A stretch of 62,805 nt of DNA, filler included, from Craspedostauros australis (Eukaryota), in the NCBI GenBank assembly GCA_030167865.1. It is 7 parts of 7 records of this genome, joined end to end, with 100 filler letters (N's around TTAATTAATTAA, not from the genome) between each part and the next. Parts side by side here need not be neighbours in the genome. Positions count along the whole stretch, not along the records: positions 51,227 to 54,318 come from JALAGF010004147.1; positions 54,419 to 56,664 come from JALAGF010004148.1; positions 56,765 to 58,062 come from JALAGF010004149.1; positions 58,163 to 59,448 come from JALAGF010004150.1; positions 59,549 to 62,805 come from JALAGF010004151.1; 2 more parts are not named here. One strand, 5' to 3'. The position numbers and the translations under genes were made by a program. Positions 54,201 through 62,805 of this stretch are shown piece after piece (the stretch's first letter is position 1; each line of letters begins with the position of its first letter). The notes under the pieces are model-generated. The model was not told the origin of the DNA and did no database searches. It was given only the letters and a program-made list of their open reading frames with translations.

Positions 54201-54318
54201 CGCCGCGACCATATGATCTATCCGACACTCCGTAGGCGGTGCTGATGTGGTGCTTTGCGTCTCGGAGCGTCTTGAACATGCTTCTCGTCGCCGATCTGTT
54301 CGCTCCGGCCGCCATCAT
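51227..54318 (-). mobile_element. Non-LTR retrotransposon ORF fragment (Ambal-like): reverse transcriptase, RNase H and C-terminal CCHC
   Basis: RT motifs QGNGAGPAIW and AFVDDTDL. RNase H motifs VSDGSFK, YRSELAG, LALDG and WVKGHQDD. Zn knuckle CQFCPHEETTEHVLQC. Open across the whole contig. Confidence 0.9.
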
Positions 54319-55703
54319 NNNNNNNNNNNNNNNNNNNNNNNNNNNNNNNNNNNNNNNNNNNNTTAATTAATTAANNNNNNNNNNNNNNNNNNNNNNNNNN
54401 NNNNNNNNNNNNNNNNNNCCCTAATTGCAATTGTATCACAGCCTCGACAACGTCCCCATGCACATAACAATTCCTCTTCAGTCACATAATTTCTGGTTCA
54501 TCAATGAATGGAAAGCATCCCCATTGGTAGCCTTCGTACTTCAGTCACATAATTGCAGGAGTTGTCACCCACGTTCGCAATTGTCTTCAAGTTCATCGGG
54601 CGTTTCGTCACTTGGTGTAGGCGCTCCGCGATGCACCTTCCCAACACATGTGGACTTCGTGTTCATCACGTCAGAATGGCAGCGTAGATGTCCCCATCCA
54701 TGCAGCAATCGCAACTCTCCATCCGTGCGTTGGATTCGAGGTGGTACCGTGGAAGAGTCGAGTGGATCGTAATGTGGTTCTCCCGATACCTGCATTTGCT
54801 TGACTTGAGATACCAAACGTATGGTATGGAAACAAGAATGGACGAGGTTGGCGAGACGGCTTGCACAACGACGTCAGCTGCAAGGAACTGTTTCCCTTGC
54901 CAGTATCATCCTCATCCTGTACATCGAATACGGGCTAGGTGTTTGCACTGGAGTATCATATGTTCGCATCGTCGATCATATATAATCGTGGTACTGAAGC
55001 ATTGCTCTACTACTATGTGCCTCAATTAATCCATCATCGTCGCGTCGCGTTGCATTGCGTTGCATTGCGTTCCACTGTGTTGTATCGCCACTTCACAAAT
55101 CGTCCGTTCGTTCGCCACAATCCAACAGCTCCTGCTTGCGGCTTTCTGCAATTTCCTGCAATCCATTCGAATGCTCCTCCATCCATTCCAAGATCCATTC
55201 CAGATGCTCGACCGTGTCCGTGGTTTGCAGCGCCATCGATAGCTGCTTGTTGGAAATCCGGGGTTATAGTAGTAGACTAATCTGTTATCAGTCTGTACCG
55301 TTTTAGAACTGTGAGCACAACATACTCATCTCCTTTCGATTCCACTTTCACAACAGGCATGGTCTGCAGTAGCCACCCAAGGTTACACCCTTTAGCTCGG
55401 CTCCTTTCGTCTGCATCTTCATCTTGCACTCATCGTGGTTGATCGCTTGTTTAGCTGAAGGTTGGAGGGTACCTACACTCGTCAAGTCCATACTCGTAGA
55501 CCTGTAGGTACCTCTCCTTCGGTCTCCTGTCGTCTCACTGGTCCCACTTTGGTTCGTGTCATTTCAGTTCCTCCCTTCGGTCATCTTGATGGTTGCCTTT
55601 GAATGTTTGGAACTTATTGTCATCTGGATCGTGGTCTTGGGTGAATAGGGATCGCCTCTGTTTCGCTTTCTCACGTCAGGTTCTCAGGGGCGCGTCGACT
55701 TGT

Positions 55704-56372
55704 TCAGATATATTGGTTGTCGCGCTCATTTGATTCACTCAGGGCTGGTGTGTTGCCATCCTCATAGATCTCTCCGTTCCCGACCGTTATCGGGACATGG
55801 CCGAGTAGGCCACTGGATGAGGGTGCTTGGATGTTGCATAAGACAAGTAAGGCCATTGGGCTGTCCGAGTGCAACTGGTCGATTGCTAGATTGCGGTTTG
55901 TCTGGTAGATGCTATTGGGGGTTGCGGCAATCATGGGTATCTTTGCACATAATACCATTCCGGTTCCAGTCAGTCCTCATGGGAGCTGCGGTAGAACAAG
56001 GTATCTTTGCAAAGTCATACCCCCGATTCCTGACAGCTGCTGCGTCGAGATGGTGCACTGCAAGCTTGACAGCGCCACCAGCGAAAGGGCGGTGTAGCCA
56101 AACGACTCCGACTTGAGCTGCTCTTGCGAATAGTACGGACACAGCTCTTCCAGCAGCACCTGGACCATGGCAGTGAGAGGCTGCATGTTGGCGTTGCCGC
56201 CGCGAGCCATGACAGCTGTGTACGACGTTGGCAAGTATCCCATGCCGTAGTTGGTCTTTTGCAGCAGCTCCTGCGCCGATTTGGAGATGGATCTGGATTG
56301 ACTGGACTGGATGAAATGGGTCTGCAACTGCGATTTGAGCTTCTGCTGCTGTTTCTGAACTTGCGGTAACTC
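55704..56372 (-). pseudogene. Decayed, possibly ankyrin-like coding fragment abutting an LTR insertion
   Basis: GMGYLPT...PLTAMVQVLLEELCP...GYTALSL resembles degenerate ankyrin repeats. In-frame stop at 55977. Confidence 0.3.
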
Positions 56373-56664
56373 TGTCGAGATGTATATGTGAGTATATGTC
56401 GAGATGTACGCGTATATGTGCATCGTTCACCCGTTATTCTCTCATACGCACTTGGACGGTATAACTACACTCGTGTCGATAGTATGCTGTGATTCGTCAG
56501 AATTACAGTGGAAATGGAACACACGAAAATGAGCAAGATTTCTGGAGGAACTTTGCAATTGACGATTTCTGAGAGAATTAGAAGATCGTCTGTCCATCCA
56601 TCAATGGTACCAAGAGAATCTCGAGGTACTTCCCAACTAAACCTCAGATGACGATATCATCTGA
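56373..56664 (+). mobile_element. LTR family A terminus, truncated by gap
   Basis: Begins with TG. Homologous over ~290 bp to the reverse complement of 8200-8504. Confidence 0.8.
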
Positions 56665-56764
56665 NNNNNNNNNNNNNNNNNNNNNNNNNNNNNNNNNNNN
56701 NNNNNNNNTTAATTAATTAANNNNNNNNNNNNNNNNNNNNNNNNNNNNNNNNNNNNNNNNNNNN

Positions 56765-58062
56765 GCCGCTTCTCGTCCAGGTCCTCCTTGCTGAGGATGG
56801 CAGTGCGGATCGTTATCCCTGCTTGTTTCTTTGCTCGTTCATACCATCGAGAGCTCACCTTTTTTCCTTCCCGCCGTTTCCATGCCAGGTTCCAGAACTG
56901 CTTCTCCATGGCTTTCTGCTTTATGATTGGAGAGAATGGAACCTTGCCTGTGTATATTTTCCGGGCCCCTTTTTCCGCGCTTAACATGATTCGCGTTCTG
57001 TCTGCGTCGATGGCTTCCATTTCTTCCCTCTGATCTTTCGTGAGCTGTTCTGACTTTCCCACCTCGGCTCGCAACTGACCGACTCTCTGAATCACGTCCT
57101 TACTCTTGTATTGCTTCAGGACTTCGGCTTGATACCTTCGGACTGTCACTGGTCGGTTGAGACGGACCCGTCGCCCTTCGAATTTTTGCGTAGGCTTGCT
57201 GGCCGTTCCGAACACTGATTCTTGTGCAATCTCTATCCATGCTGTTCGATGATCCCAAGGTCCGAATTGGCTGTATCCTGACCGCACCACTTGAAGCAAC
57301 TCTGGAACCCATATGCCGTCGATGACTCTGTCCGAGTTGGCTCGTATGTTGGTTGAAAGGCCTGGAGCTGTGGGGTGGTGACTAAGGATTGCCTCCTTCA
57401 TTCGTTGGCGTGTCATCATATCTGCCATTTGAGATCTTCCCACTGGCATGTTAATATTGCCCCCGACTATCACTGTCTCGCCTGCGTCTCTCCACTGTTG
57501 CATGGATACTTCCAGGTCTTTGATCAGCTGTGCGATGGGTGATGTATTGTTGCCTTGTGACTCCAGCCACGATGCTTGTTGGTTGTAGACTGTCCCGGTG
57601 CTTTGTCCTCCTTTGTTTGGAATATAGATGCTCACAAACCGAATTGTTGTATCTTGCCGCCCTCTCACCGCCATGCTTGCCCATCGTCCCATCTTTTCCG
57701 GGTCATTGTCTCTGCTTTTGTATCTGCCTGTGACATTCCCCACCATAGTACATGCGGTTCCCCCCCATTGTCTTGGCCCTCCCATCTTCTCTCTCTCATT
57801 GTACGACAAGGAGTGTCTTTCCATGTGTACATGTTTCTTGGATCTCGTCTTCCATGAGTTCATTCGGCCGATCTTCGACCAGTTGATTCCTATCTCTGAT
57901 AGGAGGACAACGTCGATTTGTAGCCTCTTGACCCATTGCCAGAGATCGTCGTTCTTCCAGTGGTTCGATCTGGTCTGCAGACATCCCACGTTCAGGGCAG
58001 CAATGCGTAATAAGGTGCCGCCCTTGGTGCGCGTAGAATCTCCCCAGTGCCGGTCGAGGAGG
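56765..58062 (-). mobile_element. Non-LTR retrotransposon APE-type endonuclease fragment (Ambal-like)
   Basis: Motifs WGD...LRIAALNVG, LLSEIG, GRWASM, FVSIY, GGNIN (canonical GDxN), RVIDGIW and WDHR. Open across the contig. Confidence 0.85.
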
Positions 58063-58162
58063 NNNNNNNNNNNNNNNNNNNNNNNNNNNNNNNNNNNNNN
58101 NNNNNNTTAATTAATTAANNNNNNNNNNNNNNNNNNNNNNNNNNNNNNNNNNNNNNNNNNNN

Positions 58163-59448
58163 GTTGGTCCGCTGGTTGGTCCAGATGTTGGTCCAGAGGT
58201 TGGGCCACTGGTTGGTCCGCTAGTTGGTCCAGACGTTGGCCCAGACGTTGGCCCAGACGTTGGCCCAGAGGTTGGGCCACTGGTTGGTCCAGATGTTGGG
58301 CCGCTGGTTGGTCCGCTGGTTGGTCCAGAGGTTGGTCCCGAGGTTGGGCCGCTAGTTGGTCCTGAAGTTGGTCCGGATGTTGGTCCGCTGGTTGGTCCCG
58401 AGGTTGGGCCGGATGTTGGCCCAGATGTTGGTCCAGATGTTGGTCCCGAAGTAGGTCCAGATGTTGGGCCGCTAGTTGGTCCAGAGGTTGGTCCGCTGGT
58501 TGGGCCGGAAGTTGGGCCAGATGTTGGTCCGCTGGTTGGTCCAGATGTTGGTCCGCTAGTTGGGCCAGATGTTGGTCCGCTGGTTGGGCCAGATGTTGGT
58601 CCGCTGGTTGGTCCGCTGGTTGGTCCGCTGGTTGGTCCAGAGGTGGGTCCGCTAGTTGGGCCAGATGTTGGTCCAGATGTTGGTCCAGAGGTTGGTCCCG
58701 AAGTTGGTCCGCTGGTTGGTCCCGAGGTTGGTCCAGATGTTGGTCCTGAAGTTGGTCCAGAGGTTGGTCCAGAGGTTGGTCCCGAAGTTGGTCCAGAGGT
58801 TGGTCCAGAGGTTGGTCCGGATGTTGGTCCACTGGTTGGTCCCGACGTTGGTCCGGATGTTGGGCCGCTTGTTGGTCCGGATGTTGGTCCAGAGGTCGGC
58901 GCCGAAGTTGGGGCAGCCGTTGGCTCGATACACTCGGTGTTGCATGGAACATCGAAGTAGTACGCAGCAAAGTTGTCTGGATTGCCTGAGCCACCTTCGC
59001 CGTCATCACTTGGAAGGCTGCATGCCTCGCAGTTCTCACTGGCAAAGTCATCGCCAGTGTAGATGTAGATCACCACGTTCGTGGACATGTCCACACACTC
59101 GGCAGAAAGTGAGATCGGAGTGTTCTCTCCGACATTTGCAAACTCAGCGCATTCGTTGATACCAGTCTCGGACTTGCGGTACTTGATGAAGACATGCGGG
59201 ATGACCCCGTTGATGATGTTCTGAATGAAGTCAAACTCAACGAGTGTTGCATCGTCGCTCTCGAATGTGAGGATGATTGGCTTGGGGTCTGCAGTGTAGG
59301 AAGCATCGGTGGACTTGACGAACTTGGCGCCATCTGGATCAACGCAGTTGGTTGGTGCAGCACTGGCTGTTGGCTGGGATGTTGGCTGTGGAGTTGGGCC
59401 GGATGTTGGTCCGCTAGTTGGTCCGGATGTGGGTCCGCTAGTTGGTCC
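58163..59448 (-). CDS. Internal fragment of a mucin-like protein: PTSG repeats - Cys-containing domain - at least 61 PTSG repeats
   Basis: The whole contig is one open frame: GPTSG...AAPTNCVDPDG...ECAEF...AECVDMSTNVVIYIY...CEACSLP...YYFDVPCNTECIEPTAAPTSAPTSG... Confidence 0.85.
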
Positions 59449-61599
59449 NNNNNNNNNNNNNNNNNNNNNNNNNNNNNNNNNNNNNNNNNNNNTTAATTAA
59501 TTAANNNNNNNNNNNNNNNNNNNNNNNNNNNNNNNNNNNNNNNNNNNNCTCTCAATCTTGCTTCCCATGTTCTTTCACCTGTTTCGGGGGTCTTTGAAGA
59601 GTGCGTGGGAATGGTAGGCAAGCATACACATGGAGAATGAGGCCATTCCACCATCATGACGAGAATGCATTGAACCTCAAAGAAGATGCTGCCGCCGCGC
59701 ACAATTATGGCGAGTGCAACGGTTACAGCGAAGCAGAAAGCGATGGTTGCGCGACAACAAGACATGGTCAGCAAAAGAGATCTGTCACCATCGCCGTTGC
59801 TGTCGTTGCTCCTGTCTCGCCCTCGCTTCATGTGGTGTAAAGCGGTCGCTGGTGGAGAGAAAGGTCGTGTTGGCGATGGTTGCTGTGGGTTGGAGCCGAA
59901 CTGTTCCGCTGTGTTTCAACGCGAGCTTGTGATCAGCAGTGTTCGTGTAGTTTGGATGGATGGGTGATGGCTGACGATCGCTGAGCAGCAGCTACCGTGC
60001 GTATGAACGATGGCGACGCGCATTGAATGAACGATGACGATGAAAAACGATGGCGTCTGAGTGCGCCATGGTCGTTTTGACGACCCGTGCTCGTGTGCCT
60101 GAGAGGAGAGTGGCTTCGAACTGCTCCGTCACACACCATCGTCATCGTCGCCGTCTTCACCATCCTTCCAAACGACATGAAAAAGCTCGAAGGGCGCATT
60201 CCGTACCCTCCCTCTTGTACGCCCCCATGACGAGATCGCCGTCTCACCCCATCGTCTCTCTTGGAAAATTGCGAGCCGCGAGTATTCACATTCATGTGAT
60301 GATCATGTCATGCGCATCCATGTACCGATGCACAACGGGGGGCATCGACCGATGGTACAAGTCGAGTATCATATCATACTCTCCATACAAGCCTACACAG
60401 ACACGCAAACAAACAAGCCCCATGGCACATGGGAGGTCACCACCACCCACGACTGAGAGCGCCATGCCTTCCGGAAGCTTGTTCGCCAAGGCTGCGATGA
60501 CGATGGGACAGTTCAGCCCTCCTCGACTCTACGAGTTTGCAGGATCGATGCTCTCATCGCATCCTCCCTCATCAGGTTGGCTGATCGAATGACACGGAAC
60601 ACCATGCATGGGTGGGAATCGAGAGATAATCGGAAGATCTCGTCTCTTCGTTTCTATTATGCTTCATCTGTACATTGGCATTGCGCAAGCGACCTGCGGG
60701 AGGCGCCATGGCATCGAAAGGCAGCGTATGGTACTATAACATATCCGTCGCTTGCGAGTTACGATGCGTCGCATTCAGGCGACATGCGCAGCTCATTGAG
60801 ACGTGTGTACTTCTCTCGTATAGTATGCGCCATGCTCCGCCTTGACATCACGCTCCAATGAAGGCCAACTATTACTCCTCCGTCCGGAAAGGATTTCGGT
60901 GCGGCATGGGGCTGGCGTGTTTCTGCTGCAGCAGAGCAGCACGCTCATCCGCTATGCCGCTATTTATTGTCATCGGCAATGAAGCTCTTCCGATCGTTGC
61001 GTTGGAAGCGACGTTGTTGACACAACCATCTGCGTCTCAAACGAAGGGCGCAACCAACACATGCAACCCATGTCAATCACGAGACGATGTTCTGAGACAT
61101 GCATCATTTTGTCCGCTTCTGCGAACCCTCTGTGAGCTTGCGTTGTTGAATACGACAACGGTGTCTGTACGCAATGCGGTTAAATTTGTTTCCCGATCTG
61201 TGGCGATCCCTTGTGTCATCTCCCTCTTCTTTCATGGTGGCGGCGGTGGTGATGACCACTTTTCTCTTGGTGCGCCGTTGTTTGGGTGATCCCTCTTGTT
61301 GCGGCGATCACATCATCGCCAGCCATGGCATGGCAGGATTTGCAACGATGCTGCCATCTTCATCACAAAGGGATAGCTGTCTCAACAGAGAACACGGCTT
61401 GAGTGCCTGTCGCCAATGGTGGATCACAAACTGCGGCCACCCATTCTATTATAATATTATATTACACAACTCATGACAATAGCGTGCGCACTTGACAGTG
61501 CAGCAGCACATCTGCAACACACGTGGGCCATGGCCATGCATCGGTACGTGTCATGCTGTCCTTCTTGTTTCAACGCAACTCTTTCATCATGACAATGCT

Positions 61600-62382
61600 T
61601 CAAGCATGCCGCGGGCTCATTGCGTTGCGATCGTACTGCGTGGAGACATGGATCATGCTGGTGCCCTTGTTTCTGTGATGATACCGATTGCGATCGCGCG
61701 GCACGATCCAGTCCTTGCTGCAGTACTCGTTGCAGCGATGCCGCGAGAAGAAGGAGCTGATGCCGGTGGGACCCAGATCGGTCGGTCCGTACGTGCCATC
61801 CTCGTTCGATGATATGATGGCTGGATCCGTCAGGACGATGCCGTTCTTGTAGAAGCCACCTTGCAGATCGCACAGCAGGCATGCGCCGTCGGTGATGTGG
61901 TAGGAGAAATGAGACAGCGCCTGCATGGCACGCGCCCACGAGAATCCGCTCTCGTTCCAGCCGCTGTTGGAATTGAGCTTCTCGTAGTTCTGGATGTACG
62001 GCTCCACGAGCAGCTTCGCACCGGCCATGGGACCGCGCTGCAGCGCCCAGATCTCGGGCGCATTGACGACGACCATCTTGTTGATGTAATCACCGCGGTT
62101 CCATTCCTCGATGATCATCATGGCCATGTCCACCGTCTTGATATCGGCGTCGAAGTAATGCGTCTCGTAGACGCTGCCTTGCTTGAATTGCTTTGCGACG
62201 CACCTCTCTCCCTTGCGCGCGCCGGAATCGTAGACGCCCTGGTAGACGAAGCGGAAGGCGCCCTCATCGAAGATCTCGCTCGTGTCCAACGTTGCATGAT
62301 TCGAATTGTTGTGACGCGACGTGCGTGTCAGCGCCGACGCAGCAGGCGACGACGAGCAGAAGCCCTCGTAGCAACACAACAT
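61600..62382 (-). CDS. Stand-alone alpha-kinase (eEF2K/MHCK family)
   Basis: Motifs FDEGAFR, CVAKQFK, LVEPYI, KLNSNSGW, QALSHFSY, LCDLQG, LTDPAI, YGPTDLG and HRCNEYC. ATG at 62382 chosen; the frame is open further upstream. Confidence 0.92.
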   Translation of the reverse strand: MLCCYEGFCSSSPAASALTRTSRHNNSNHATLDTSEIFDEGAFRFVYQGVYDSGARKGERCVAKQFKQGSVYETHYFDADIKTVDMAMMIIEEWNRGDYINKMVVVNAPEIWALQRGPMAGAKLLVEPYIQNYEKLNSNSGWNESGFSWARAMQALSHFSYHITDGACLLCDLQGGFYKNGIVLTDPAIISSNEDGTYGPTDLGPTGISSFFSRHRCNEYCSKDWIVPRDRNRYHHRNKGTSMIHVSTQYDRNAMSPRHA

Positions 62383-62509
62383 CGCGCCGATGCCATGCAC
62401 TCGATCACGACGCGACACAATGCGACGCTCGACTCTGGTCGTGAAACGCAGGGTCGTCGTGAGCAGAGAGATGCGATCCGAATCTGGGCGCGCAGAATGA
62501 GGGTGTGAA

Positions 62510-62548
62510 TGTCGATGATGTCGATGATGTCGATGATGTCGATGATGT
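62510..62548. repeat. 9-bp tandem repeat (TGTCGATGA), about 4 units
   Basis: Seen directly upstream of the alpha-kinase. Confidence 0.8.
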
Positions 62549-62805
62549 CTTCTTCTTGTGATGTGCGTTTCGTGTTGTGTTGTGGTGGTGTTGGTGTTGC
62601 CACAAAAATGATGCATGTGACATGTTGTTTCGCCAAAAAACATCTCAGTCGCCAAAACCTCGCGTCTGAGTCGTGCTTTGATGTTTGTTGTGTCGAGTCA
62701 TGGCGGGTTGAATTGTCCTGTAGAACATTCAACGAACGATGGTATACTTGTGTTTCAACATAACGGACACTGTATGTATGTTGGATAACGGACGAACTGT
62801 AATTC

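Noticed and set aside
58107..59159. DQP-rich and GPDV-rich alternative ORFs over the 12-bp repeat
   Set aside because: Only the PTSG frame is invariant under the observed substitutions and continues through the Cys domain.
59549..59831. Minus-strand hydrophobic stretch (MSCCRATIAFCFAVTVALAII) as the signal peptide of the PTSG gene
   Set aside because: Separated by an artificial spacer; linkage and coding strand cannot be established.

Overview
Eukaryotic genomic window, most likely from a (pennate) diatom. This is an inference from short GT-AG introns, an Ambal-type non-LTR retrotransposon, PT/PTS-repeat secreted proteins and diatom-style ankyrin genes. It consists of seven contigs joined by six artificial 100-bp N44-TTAATTAATTAA-N44 spacers, so adjacency across spacers is not guaranteed. 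Recognisable genes: two apparently identical, inverted DUR3 urea transporter copies, TRM11, a CREST-family ceramidase-like gene, She9/Mdm33, an alpha-kinase, two ankyrin-repeat genes and several low-complexity or coiled-coil orphans. The most notable items are: (i) a three-exon secreted LPMO (AA15-like)-GH18 chitinase-Cys-module fusion that the ORF track splits into pieces; (ii) an ankyrin gene with near-identical repeat frameworks but hypervariable binding-surface positions, fused to a 24-unit Asn-rich amyloid-like repeat; (iii) an orphan 931-aa ORF with a possible degenerate TET/JBP-like HxD core; (iv) a PTSG mucin-like fragment; (v) nested TE relics, including an 800-bp solo LTR with a 6-bp TSD and a visible empty site, a decayed LRR gene, and an APE-RT-RNase H retroelement with a mutated endonuclease catalytic Asp.
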